From Candidatus Latescibacterota bacterium (GTDB lineage: Bacteria > Latescibacterota > UBA2968 > UBA8231), in the NCBI GenBank assembly GCA_965223905.1, contig CBDCXV010000009.1:416001-480000 (forward strand): a stretch of 64,000 nucleotides of DNA, read 5' to 3'. The stretch's first letter is position 1. Each line of letters opens with the position of its first letter. Below the pieces are notes generated by a model that was not told the DNA's origin, did no database searches, and worked only from the letters and a program-made list of their open reading frames with translations. This document shows, in pieces, positions 28,501 through 39,200 of the stretch. A program made the translations under genes and the position numbers.

Positions 28501-28920
28501 TTTTGCACCGTGCGTGTCGACGAAAGCCGTGGTCGGCGCAACTGGAAAAAGGATGCGTCGGCCAAGGAGGCGGTGTATGCGAATCGTCGGCGTATACGGG
28601 GAGAGCGAGGAAAGAGGCTTCAACGGCTTCGCGCCGAGTATGTGGAACGCAGTTTCGCTCATACGTACGAAACCGGGGGGCATGCGACGCACTCATCTAC
28701 GCGGCCACACCAACATCTACAAGCGTCTGTATTCATGGCGGCGCCTTCAATCTCGGGCTGGTGATGCGCAAGCTCATCGGAAGGGGAACGCCAAGAGGGC
28801 TTCATGGATTGATATCGGCTTTCGGGGTCTTTGGCGCTCGCATAAACAGTATTTTTAGCCGAATTGTCGGCTATTTGCGGTTGTTGGGTGGTCCATTTCG
28901 AGCCGCCTCTGTGTAGGGGA
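28501..28920 (+). pseudogene. IS1182/IS5-type transposase 3' fragment
   Basis: RAEYVERSFAH...RTHLRG...AFNLGLVMRKLIG across frames. Confidence 0.65.
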
Positions 28921-29041
28921 ATGTTTAGCCTGAGTACCCATATATCAAGGGAAGGAAACCATAACATTCGGCACACCTCCGGTTTCTGGAATTTCCCGGA
29001 TATTCAACGGCTTGCTAGGCTGTTCCCCATCAGTCCGGTTG

Positions 29042-30028
29042 CTACACGGTTTTGAGTTTTTTCTCTAAATATGATCGTAATTTGTTAATGGGTATAATTT
29101 CTATAGGTTGATTCTCTATAGCTTGGGAAGGAAAGCCAATTAAATATTTAGTCACAATTAACCCTTCATCGGCAGTTCCATCTTTGATAAGTTTCATCAA
29201 GATCTCGCGAACTTTGCGCAAATAATGGGCTGGTGGTTGATTTCTCCATACTTTAGCCTCTACAGCTATTTTTTTGGGTCCTACAACTGCCATAAAGTCC
29301 GTTCGGAAGCCGGTCCCTATGGTCTCTGTTGCATATTCGATATTCAGTTTTTCAAGTATATCTGCAATTTCTTTTTCAAGAGCAAACCCCTCATTAATAC
29401 TTGACATCTTAGAAGGTTCATCACTTGTGTCGCGACTTTTCCTTATTGCAAGTAGACTGGTAATAATACCTAAGCTTGCAATAAAAACTCCTGCCATGGA
29501 AGCCAGGATATTTTCGTCGATGGGTTCAAGTTGTCCTAATGTCTTGTAAAAGAAGACACTTACGGCACCTAACCCCGAAGTGGTTACTGCCATTACTTTG
29601 ATTATGTGTTCTCTATGATCTTTAGAAACAAACTCTATCTCACTTGATTTTTTCTTATTACCATTTTCTGCTTGATTCAGTTCATTGAAGACATGGTCTA
29701 GACGTTTTTCTAATTCGATCCTTTGAGGAGACGCAATGAGATCGTTATCAAAAACTGCAGCATAAAGTTGATTTAAAACCTGATCTTCTGAAAGGAGATT
29801 TAAAGAACTGACTTGGAATTCTCTCGCTTTTCCTTCTAAGATTCGTGATATATCCACTAGACAGGGTTGGTAATCTTCTAAGACCATTCGCCGCAGTATC
29901 GCTCTATGGACTGATGTGTTAGCAGCCTTTTCGCGCTCTTTTCTGGCACCTATAGTTTGACGATAGCCTAATAGGAATAAAGCAATAGAGACGAAAATAC
30001 CTATTGCCGTTTGCGTATATCCATCCAT
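29042..30028 (-). CDS. Membrane-anchored PD-(D/E)xK (Mrr-like) nuclease
   Basis: N-terminal TM, two central TMs, C-terminal LEKEIADIL...RTDF...AVEAK...GLIVT; strongly AT-rich. Confidence 0.75.
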   Translation of the reverse strand: MDGYTQTAIGIFVSIALFLLGYRQTIGARKEREKAANTSVHRAILRRMVLEDYQPCLVDISRILEGKAREFQVSSLNLLSEDQVLNQLYAAVFDNDLIASPQRIELEKRLDHVFNELNQAENGNKKKSSEIEFVSKDHREHIIKVMAVTTSGLGAVSVFFYKTLGQLEPIDENILASMAGVFIASLGIITSLLAIRKSRDTSDEPSKMSSINEGFALEKEIADILEKLNIEYATETIGTGFRTDFMAVVGPKKIAVEAKVWRNQPPAHYLRKVREILMKLIKDGTADEGLIVTKYLIGFPSQAIENQPIEIIPINKLRSYLEKKLKTV

Positions 30029-30069
30029 AGCTGGTTTCCAGTTTCGGCTAACGTTTTCCGGCTTGCGAA

Positions 30070-30222
30070 CCCGCAGAGCCGGCGGGCAAGGGACTTCATC
30101 AATTCCGCGTGGGGAATCTGGCGGAAGTAGTCCGACCGATCCGCGTCCACCACCTCCCGGTGGCCCGTGTTCAGCAGCCGATGCACGCGCCGTACGGCAT
30201 CCAGCGCGCTGCGGCCCGGTCG
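30070..30222 (-). pseudogene. Group II intron reverse transcriptase fragment
   Basis: RPGRSALDAVRRVHRLLNTGHREVVDADRSDYFRQIPHAELMKSLARR. Confidence 0.75.
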
Positions 30223-30264
30223 ATAAAGAACATCACCTGCGATCCTGTCTCCGAATCGAACCTC

Positions 30265-33200
30265 CTATCCCAACACCTCAACTACTTCCGCAATCACCGC
30301 CACCCCTTCATTGCCCTCTTCGACGACGATTTCCGCGAATTTCGGATTGATGGGCCGCAGCCGGATCGAACCCCCAAGCTCCCCATCATTTCGCACCCCC
30401 TGCTCAACCCGCTCATATCGCTTCACCGTGTAGCTGCCCCCGTGCTCCGGGTCGGTCGCATCCCGAAGTTGCGCCAGCACGTTCCGCCCCTGCCTGCTAC
30501 CTCCGGGATCACGACGGAACAGGCACCATGTCCCGTCCGGGATCTCCGGCTCCATCGAACGCCCCACGACCTTCCCCACGAACATCCCTTGGGATAATCC
30601 CCGCGTCGTTTCCAACTCCGCCCAGCCATCCGGATCCGGCACCTGTCCTTCGCTGAAGCCTCCGGCAGCTGCTCGAAGACTGTAAATGGGAACGCACGTG
30701 CGAAACATTTCGTCCTCTGAGGGTTCATCTATGCGCCGGAATGGCCCTTCGATTATCTCTGTTTCAACCGGCTCAGCAATCTCCGGCCCCTCTGCCACCA
30801 TATCCTCGGCCCGGGCCGCAAACCACTGATCCGCATCCTCACTGATCCGGTCAAGGGCGTCCCGCCCGATCAGGTTCCGTGCCAGCCGTTTGAAATGCTT
30901 CAGCATCGCCTGTGAATCGTCCAGGTCGGCTACCGTGATCTCCAGAACCTCGTGCCCCTGGCTCCGCAACTCACCACGGATCGCACGGTCCCGGTCCTGA
31001 GTTTCGGGGTTGCCATGGATGTGCTCAGATAGCCCGTCCAGATAGATGAAAATCTTTCGCTCTTCCTCATCCGGATCTTCGTAAGTCACATCCGGGGTGG
31101 TTGAATCGAGCGGCCTAGGCAGTAATCGTTGCTCCTGCCAGTGGCCATCCGGGAGGCCCGCAGCTAGAATCATTCGTCGCAGTTTCTCCTCGGCGACGTT
31201 TACCGGCTGGTCCTCCGAACCACCCCCACCGCCCAGAGGCAGCACGGCGGGGATCTCGTGCTCGACGTCGAGCCCGTCTCCCCACTCCTCGATGCGATCG
31301 AGAATGAGCTGCCGGTTCAGGTGTTCGTGGTAGAACGCATTGCGATACCGCTGCAGGCAGTCTATGCAGCTCCTCGCGCACTGCCCAGGGCATTCGGCCG
31401 CGACGCGCTTGGCCTCGGCCACGATTTCCTCAAAGCGCAGGCAAAGCTGCCACAATAGTCCCGACCCGCCCGGCATGGGATCGTAAAGCATGGCGTCGAC
31501 CTCGTCGCTGCCGATCTTGCCCACTACAAGCACTTGCAGATCCTCGTGCTCCATATCCAGGACCTCTGCGGCTGCGAACCGCAACCCTTCTGCAATGGAG
31601 AATGCCTCCTCCTTCGAGGCGCAGTCGGGCAATTTCAGGACATCCGCCGTGAGGTCGGCGTGGAACGCTGTCGCTGACGGGCGCCTTCCGCACCATTCCA
31701 GATGCTTCTCCTCGAAGTCTTGGCGCTGGGGCTGCGACGACATTGGCGACACGCTCTGCCCGCAAACTCGGCAGACGGGATATCCGAACTCGCCCCGTGA
31801 CCCGATGACGTTGCTGGCCCCCACATTGACGAGTGTCAGCCGCACGGCCCTACGCACATGCAGCGGCCGGGTCCCCCAGCGGAACGCCTGGCCTCCGTTG
31901 TGCTGCTCCAGCTCGCGTCCGTAGATCGCCACCCCCATCTGGAAGCGATTCTCTTCCTCGTCCGTGATACGAGAGCTGTGGACCAGTGTCACATCGCAGA
32001 TGGGGATACTCGTGATCCGGCTGGTCGTGGTGTCGCCGCTCACATCCCCTCGGGACTCCAAGACGGCCTGCGACTCCGGGCTAACCTCATAGGTGATCGC
32101 GTCGCGCCGGCCTTCACCCACGTCAAGGGCATAGCGCCGGGGCACGAACTGCTGCCCGTTGGCGTAGATTCGGTTCCCGGGTACGTACTCCCGCAGGGCC
32201 ACTCCGGGAGGGCGTGGCAGATCGAAGTCATAGATGCCACGGACCCAGCGAGGCACTTCTGCAAATCCAATCACGGTTCCCGTCTCGAGACCGTAACCGG
32301 GCAGGAAGCCCTCCGCCGCCAGGACCCCGTAGGTAAAGACATCGTCGATCCCCTCGGCCTGCTGCCGTTCACGCAGATCGACCGCCTTCATCCGCCGGAC
32401 GAGACGGTCGCAGCGGCGGTAGAATGACTGCTGCTCGTCGTCGAGGGCCCCGACCTTGCGGCGGTGGTCCTCGAGCATGGCCATCTGGTCCAAGGCCCAC
32501 CTCAGCCGCCGCCGCAGCCGGGCGATCACCGCTTCGAGCTCACCCGTCATGCCAAGGACATATGCCGCAAGTCGTTCTCCTGAAACGACCTGTTCATCGG
32601 CCACCGGCCAGCCCTGCTGAAACGCTCTTGATACGGCGTTTTCGATGTGGTCCTGGTGCTTCGTGATCACCGTGTGCAGGACGCTTACGTCGAGCGGCTT
32701 GCCGCGTACTTCTCCGGCGGCATTGAAGAGGTAGTCCCGGATCAGTGACGGAAAGGCCGTCTTGAGGGCAGGCTGGATCTCCTCCCGGTCTGTGTCGCTC
32801 AGCCCGCTGCTCGGCCTGGCCAGGTGGTGCAGCACCGTCACGACCTGGGCGTGGACGTGTTTGGCAACCATCAACTCGTTGGCCATGTTGAAAGCAGGTG
32901 GATCGATCCGCCCCCCGAGCATCTTCAGCGGTTCGGAGAAGTAAGCCCGGTCATGGCTGACATTTCGGCAGTAGGTCAGGTTCACGGCCATCCGGTGCCG
33001 CCGTCCGGCGCGGCCTGCGCGCTGCCAGTAGTTGGCCGCCACGGGCGGCACATTCCTCATCAGTACGGCATCCAAGGCGCCGATGTCGACCCCAAGCTCC
33101 AACGTCTGCGTGCACGCCAGCGTGTTGACAACCTCGCTGTCTCCCTTGAAGAGCTCCTCGATCTCCTCCCGCTCGCGGTGTGGCACCATGGCCGTGTGCT

Positions 33201-36200
33201 CGCGGGGGCGCAGCAAGATGTAGTCCTGATCGAGAAGCTGCAGGTCGTAGCTTTCCGGATCCTCCGCCACGTACTCCACGGTTCCGTCGCACCGCCAAGC
33301 CATGCACTTGTCCAGCGGAGGCCGTCGCACAGTGCGGCGTCGGCAGGTCATGCAGCGATATACGCCACTGTTGGGGGAAAGCATGAGTCTGTCAGCATCG
33401 AGCTGAAAGGTGCCGGGGCAATTGGGGAGGGCTCTGCCGTAGCTGCCCATCAGCGTCTGCGGCACGAGGAGGCGAGTGTCCTCCGTCAGGTAAGCCCACA
33501 ACTCCTTGAGGAATTCTTCCATATCATCCCCATCGACACCCCACTTCCGGGCGATGTCCATGACCGTCGTCCGGTGACCCGTGCTGGACAGCCACTGGAC
33601 AATCCGTCCCCGGTCGTCGGAGGGATCGCGGGTCAGCTTCAGTCCCCTGGGCACACCGCTCATGTCCGGAAGGTAGCCTCTCTCGATTTCTCGCATCCCA
33701 GCCTGCCAGTACTTGCTGAAGATGTGACCCGTGCGATCCAGCAGGACAGGCCGGCGTCTCTCCAAGTCCAGTAAGCCGCGGACGCCTTTGTTCAAGGTCT
33801 CCGCCGGAATCCCAATGCGGCCAGACCATTTGGTGACAAAGTCGTTCCGGGAATCGACCCCGAGGTAGTCTATTCGCATGCGGCCCCAAGGCTCTAGACC
33901 AATCTGCTGGCGAGCAGAGGCGGTGATCTCACGGAGGACGAGGATTCGCAGCAGGTACTGGCGTTCTTCCCGGTGGACCACGCCTCCGGCCTCCTTCGGG
34001 GCAACCGCCCATACCTCCGGCAACAAGGTCTGCGAAAGGGCGTCGTCTTCCTCCATCATGGCGTCCAATCTGTGGGTCAGGTCTCCGACAGACAGGCTGG
34101 TCGCAAGGCTTCTGGTCATCAGTGACCTCAGGCGGAACCGCCGGGCATGGTCGCGCATCCAGCCAGCTTGGAAGGCTGCGTCCTGTCTGTTATCGGCGAA
34201 GACCAGGAGCCGCTTCCGCTCGGCATGGTGGATCATGTCCTGGGCGAGCACGTGCACGTCGGCCACGTTGGTGGCCCGAACCGGCCGGACCGGCTCGCGG
34301 AAACTGCCCAAACGTTGTCGGCCCGTGGCCCCGCAGCAGACACACCGGGTGAGGTGACCCGGCCGTTTCTTCCGCTGGGGAATGGCGAGCAGGGGAATCT
34401 GGGGTCCGCCCTGACCGCAGGCTAGGCAACGAACGTGCGTGTCGGCGTGGGCGGCACCGCAGTACCGGCATAGATACAATTTGGCGAACCGGTGATTCTC
34501 TTCATCCTCTTCATCATCGGATTCGCTTATCAAGTGGTCGATCAGTAGCAGCCGCCGGCCTCCGCGCACCTGGTCAAGGGGCTCCCAGTAGATGGCGTCA
34601 CCACTTGCGATGCCGCCACCGGGCATGCGGGCCTCGTACTCGAATCCGCCCAGGCTGTGCTCGAAATAGTGCTGACCGCAGGTCGTGCAGGTGCTGACGC
34701 GGAATCGAAGCCCGTCACCATTATCCTCTTCAATTTCCTCTGCCGATAGGTGGAGAACCGGCTCGTCGCTCCCCTCGGCGAAGGTCACGACGGCAGCCGT
34801 TACCCCACGGAGGAACCCGTGCACGACAGGCCGCACCAAGGGCCGACTGTCCTTGCGGGCAGCCGCCCCCAGAGTCAGCCAAAGCACAAGTTCCTCCTCT
34901 CGGACTTCACGCCCAAGAGCTTCGGCAAGCTCTTCGAGGAGATCTCCAAGTGCCCTCGGTGTCTCGAGAAGCAAGGCTACCTGGTACAGCAACTCATTTT
35001 CGGAGAGGTGCGCGTGCAAGACCTCCTCCCAGGCACCGTCTCCGAAAGAAGTCTCGGTCAGTTTGCCCCAGACCTGCTGGAGGGCCTCTCCAGGTTCATC
35101 GGCGTCAACAGCCGCCAGCACCTCACTCAGGCGTTCTGCCGGCTCGCTCAAGGGCGACGGAATCTGCCGGTCTTCCGCCCAGGTGTCCTCCTCGTAGACC
35201 TCCTGAACCGTTGCCACGGAGTCCCGGTCCACCCCAAAGAACCGGCTGGCAAAATCACGAGCCCCATCCGGATCGTCCTCGTCCACGATCGTGGCTGAAG
35301 TGGCTACGCATGTCGTCTGGTCCGCATCCCGGTCACAGAAAGCCCGGAGACGCCGAACCAAACAGGCTGCCTCCGCACCCCCCGCGCCAGAAAAGGTGTG
35401 CGCCTCATCGAAAATCAGGTAGTCGAGGCGCGCCCCGTCGAACAACTCGACATCGCTCTGGCGAGTCAGAAGCAGCTCAAGCTGCTTCACATTCGTAAGC
35501 AAGAGGCGTGGCTGCTTGCCCGCTGTCCGCATCACTTCCCGGCTGCACACCTCTTCCGGGGGATGGATCGCAGCACCCTCTCCCCGCTGACGAGCCTCCT
35601 TCAAAGCAGCCTGATAGTCTGCCCTCGAGGAGCCGGATTTCAACCGACGTCCGGTCATGTCGGCCTCGTGCTCGGGCGTCTTGCCGATATACATTCCGAA
35701 GGGGATCCCCGTTCCCGCCAACAGCTCCCGCAGTCGGCCGAGCTGGTCCTCGGCCAGAGCGTTCATCGGGTAGACGATGACCGCGCAGATCCCCGATGGC
35801 GCCTTCTGATCGCGAAGCTCGAGACAACGGCTGATGATGGGGTAGAGGAAACACTCGCTCTTCCCGGAACCCGTCCCCGTCGAGATCAGGGTCGGATAGC
35901 CCTCCACAATAGACCGGATGGCAGCTTCCTGATGTCCGTAAAGCGTCGGATAGGGAACGAGCTGCCGCATGTGGCCATGGAGAACCCCCTCTCCCGTTAG
36001 CGTCGCGATCGAGGCACCCGGGATGAAAGCTCGGGAAAGGCTTACGTAAGGACCTTTGAGTAGAGGGGTCTGACGGGTGGTATCCAGGGACAGGAGATCC
36101 CGCATCTGCCGATGCAGCCCCTCATCGGCGAAAGGGTAGGCAGTCAGCTGGTAACGGAGAAAACTCTGCACAACCCTTTCGGTGTAGGAAAGAGGATTCA

Positions 36201-36207
36201 GGGCCAT
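30265..36207 (-). CDS. Giant DEAH helicase-DUF1998 (DrmA/DrmB-like, YprA family) with C-terminal Vsr/DUF559-like nuclease and S24 peptidase domain
   Basis: TGTGSGKS, DEAH, ATSAT, TLELGVDIG, QRAGRAGRR; LYDPMPGGSG plus Cys cluster; TPD...YLDG..H; AAAG, GRSM, TVKR. Confidence 0.88.
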   Translation of the reverse strand: MALNPLSYTERVVQSFLRYQLTAYPFADEGLHRQMRDLLSLDTTRQTPLLKGPYVSLSRAFIPGASIATLTGEGVLHGHMRQLVPYPTLYGHQEAAIRSIVEGYPTLISTGTGSGKSECFLYPIISRCLELRDQKAPSGICAVIVYPMNALAEDQLGRLRELLAGTGIPFGMYIGKTPEHEADMTGRRLKSGSSRADYQAALKEARQRGEGAAIHPPEEVCSREVMRTAGKQPRLLLTNVKQLELLLTRQSDVELFDGARLDYLIFDEAHTFSGAGGAEAACLVRRLRAFCDRDADQTTCVATSATIVDEDDPDGARDFASRFFGVDRDSVATVQEVYEEDTWAEDRQIPSPLSEPAERLSEVLAAVDADEPGEALQQVWGKLTETSFGDGAWEEVLHAHLSENELLYQVALLLETPRALGDLLEELAEALGREVREEELVLWLTLGAAARKDSRPLVRPVVHGFLRGVTAAVVTFAEGSDEPVLHLSAEEIEEDNGDGLRFRVSTCTTCGQHYFEHSLGGFEYEARMPGGGIASGDAIYWEPLDQVRGGRRLLLIDHLISESDDEEDEENHRFAKLYLCRYCGAAHADTHVRCLACGQGGPQIPLLAIPQRKKRPGHLTRCVCCGATGRQRLGSFREPVRPVRATNVADVHVLAQDMIHHAERKRLLVFADNRQDAAFQAGWMRDHARRFRLRSLMTRSLATSLSVGDLTHRLDAMMEEDDALSQTLLPEVWAVAPKEAGGVVHREERQYLLRILVLREITASARQQIGLEPWGRMRIDYLGVDSRNDFVTKWSGRIGIPAETLNKGVRGLLDLERRRPVLLDRTGHIFSKYWQAGMREIERGYLPDMSGVPRGLKLTRDPSDDRGRIVQWLSSTGHRTTVMDIARKWGVDGDDMEEFLKELWAYLTEDTRLLVPQTLMGSYGRALPNCPGTFQLDADRLMLSPNSGVYRCMTCRRRTVRRPPLDKCMAWRCDGTVEYVAEDPESYDLQLLDQDYILLRPREHTAMVPHREREEIEELFKGDSEVVNTLACTQTLELGVDIGALDAVLMRNVPPVAANYWQRAGRAGRRHRMAVNLTYCRNVSHDRAYFSEPLKMLGGRIDPPAFNMANELMVAKHVHAQVVTVLHHLARPSSGLSDTDREEIQPALKTAFPSLIRDYLFNAAGEVRGKPLDVSVLHTVITKHQDHIENAVSRAFQQGWPVADEQVVSGERLAAYVLGMTGELEAVIARLRRRLRWALDQMAMLEDHRRKVGALDDEQQSFYRRCDRLVRRMKAVDLRERQQAEGIDDVFTYGVLAAEGFLPGYGLETGTVIGFAEVPRWVRGIYDFDLPRPPGVALREYVPGNRIYANGQQFVPRRYALDVGEGRRDAITYEVSPESQAVLESRGDVSGDTTTSRITSIPICDVTLVHSSRITDEEENRFQMGVAIYGRELEQHNGGQAFRWGTRPLHVRRAVRLTLVNVGASNVIGSRGEFGYPVCRVCGQSVSPMSSQPQRQDFEEKHLEWCGRRPSATAFHADLTADVLKLPDCASKEEAFSIAEGLRFAAAEVLDMEHEDLQVLVVGKIGSDEVDAMLYDPMPGGSGLLWQLCLRFEEIVAEAKRVAAECPGQCARSCIDCLQRYRNAFYHEHLNRQLILDRIEEWGDGLDVEHEIPAVLPLGGGGGSEDQPVNVAEEKLRRMILAAGLPDGHWQEQRLLPRPLDSTTPDVTYEDPDEEERKIFIYLDGLSEHIHGNPETQDRDRAIRGELRSQGHEVLEITVADLDDSQAMLKHFKRLARNLIGRDALDRISEDADQWFAARAEDMVAEGPEIAEPVETEIIEGPFRRIDEPSEDEMFRTCVPIYSLRAAAGGFSEGQVPDPDGWAELETTRGLSQGMFVGKVVGRSMEPEIPDGTWCLFRRDPGGSRQGRNVLAQLRDATDPEHGGSYTVKRYERVEQGVRNDGELGGSIRLRPINPKFAEIVVEEGNEGVAVIAEVVEVLG

Positions 36208-36274
36208 ATGTTATCTTGTCTCTTGTCTTTGAAAGAAGGTCGGGATCGCAAACTCGACGTTCGTTCGTTGTTTT

Positions 36275-39200
36275 TCACTGGAAGTTTCCATTCTCCCCCA
36301 GAAGGTTGCGTGCGTGCAGTTCACACTCCATCCAGGACACGTCCAGATCTTCTGCAGATTGCCAGTCATAGAACTTTTTTCCAAGACGACTCCTCACGTG
36401 CAGGGGATTCGACTTGGAAGGATCTAAATTCAGCCCCAGATCCGAGAGGTCTAATGTCTCCGGCAGCTCCCAATTCAGATCTTCTCCATACATAAGCGCT
36501 GCAATAGCCAAGACAGACTGACGGAGTTCCGGTTCATCTGACTGACCAGTGCGCCAGAGCCCCTTGCTGCGTAGCTGTCTTCTGGTTTGGCTGTTGCGGT
36601 ATTTTTCAGTGGGCCACTCACATTGATCCAAGATATGGCACATATCCACTTCATCGAGACCGTAGAGCCGGGCAACAGCGGCATCCAGAGCAGACAGCCT
36701 GCGAAGGCGTTCATACCTGGAGATTGCCCACTGGCGCCGCCACCCTTTCTCATTCCTGAAGCCGAGCCATACTGGGGCGTGAGCAATGCTGCAACACGAC
36801 AGACCAAGCACGGATAAAGCCAAGTCCCGTTCAACAAAATGACAGGAGCTACGGCGTGGAAGCGGGTTCTGCTCAAACAGGTGGTAATCGAGATGGAGAC
36901 CGACCAACCGATTCCTCGTCACGAAGTCGAACACGAAGGAGTTCATGCATGCGGCAAGGACCAGAGAAAGAACCTCATCCTCACACCAGAAGATGGCAGC
37001 CGTATCTCCCGTGGGGTATCGCCAGATGGGAGTGGCGATGGATGACCGTGCATTTGTTGCTGAGCCGACGCGCATGTGTGACACCTTTAGACCGTCGAAA
37101 TACCTTTCTCGGCCTTTTAGCGTTGCCACGCCTACAAGAAACTGGGGCTCAACCTGCTTGGCGTCCCAGGAAATATCGCGCCACACTGCGCCTCGTCCCT
37201 TCCCGCTCACCCAAGCCTTCTGGCTGTAGTCGAACTGCCCAATCATCCGCCCTTCGTACAGGGGCAGCGCCACATCCTCCACTCGCTCCTCGTCGATCCA
37301 CTGGTTCCCATCCCGGGACAGGATGATGCCCTCACAGATCTCTACCCGCTTGGCCCCCGGGGGTGCCGGGGAGGTCGGCGTCCTCGGCTTCCACTCTCCT
37401 TTCAGCCAGCGGTTATACTCGTCCGGCTGGTAGCCCTTTTCCTCCCAGTGGGGGCGCGGGAGGAACAGGCCGGAGTCGCTCGTCATGTCGAATTCTCTAG
37501 CGTACTCAATTTGCCAGCCTCCTGGCCCATCGTCACCCAGCAGGACCGAGTTGGCATAAATCTTCTCGAGAATCTCCAGATCGCGGGACGACTGGATCTC
37601 CAGGATTGACGAAGACTTCGGAGAGAACTGTTCTACTTGCCGACGCTCATACGGTGTCACGTGCGCCTCGGCGGTCTCCCAGTCATCGAGTCGCCGGCGC
37701 ATGAAAGCCGTCCTAATAGCCTCCGTTCGGCCAGACTTCTCGATAATGACCGGATTGAACTTGAAGCGGCTGTCGATGTCGAAGACCTTGTCGCGGTTCT
37801 CGAACCCGAACAGCCACTCCCACCGACACTTATCGAGGAAAAGTGACCTCAGTGGCTCTGTCCCGTGGTCTGAATAGAGCCCCGAGGGCACGATGCAACC
37901 CATGCGCCCCCCTTTCCGCAGCAGGGCATGACCCCGTTCCAGAAACAACTTGAACAAATTGACGTCTGCCGAACCCTGGTAACGATACGCGTGCTCGGTA
38001 TCTGCGTACCCCTTTGACTTTGCCCTGGAAGCACGCCATTCGGCGTGCATTTCGGCGTTCTTTTTGCCACGTGTCGGGGAGAAGCGGTGGGTAGAAGTGT
38101 CAGCAGTGGCCGGATCGCCGAAGGGGAATGCGGCATACTTGAAATAATTCGAATGGCTGCGGATGTCGGCTTGGTAGTCGAGCCAACGGGTTTCCAAGGT
38201 CTCATCCGCAAAATACTCGGTCTGCTTGCGCAGCGCTTCCTGCTTGCCATAGCTCCGGTAAAGCGGATCGACGTTGGAGAAGAATTCCTTCGAGTTGGGC
38301 TTGGCCACTTCCCACGGGGGATTCCCAAGGATAGCGTCGAAGCCGCTGTTACTCGTGCAGAAGACATCCGGGAACTCCAGCTCCCAGTGAAAGAAGCGTT
38401 GTTTGGCTGCAACCCGCTCTGCAATGATTCTAGCCCTGTCCTCAGGATGACCGAAGCTCGAGGGCGGTGGGGCGGCATCCAGGGAGTTAGGTGGCCAGTA
38501 CCAAGAGGCACACCAAAGGTCGAAGGCTTCTTTCAAGGAGCGCCAGCCCGGGGCTCCGAGGAACTCCAGGCGATAGCGACGGGTCTGCTCACTTGCGTTG
38601 TGCACGGGCATGGAGTGAAGATCTTCGAGGACCTCCACCATTTCGTCGTGTACTCGGGCTGGCTCATCGGCGTACTGCTCACCGAGCTGCCACTGGCCCG
38701 TCATGCTCGCCAGGAAGTCAGGGACTAAGGTTTCCTTGAAAAATGCCTTTAGGACCTTGCCACGTAGGTTCTTCCCAAAGTGCACGCCGTTACTGTGTGT
38801 CTTGTCGCCACCCTCGCGGTTTTTCCAAGCCATGGCCGGGTAGTGCAGGAACTGGTCGAACCAGGCACCTACCAGTGAGTTTCCGCATTTGATCTTGTGG
38901 TCGAGGAAAGAAAAGGGCAGCTCCCGGTCCATCGTTTCAAGCCACAGCGCCAAGCGGCACAACTCCACGGCCAAGGGGTCCAGATCGACTCCGTAGATAC
39001 AGTGCTCGACCACGTAGCGCCTCAGGATCGCCTTCATCCGAGGCTCGAAATCACCCTCACCCGGGGGACTTGGCAGTCGAAGACCCTGCAGCGACTCCTC
39101 ATCGGCGGCCGCCTCTTCGAGTCCCAATAGCTGGTCAACCGGACGGCGCCAGTCACCGTCCAGCCGATCGTGCTCATGCAGGGCATCGTAGAGAGCCTCG

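Noticed and set aside
30070-30222. RT fragment as retron, DGR or defence RT
   Set aside because: About 50 aa only, no YADD, group II intron-like sequence
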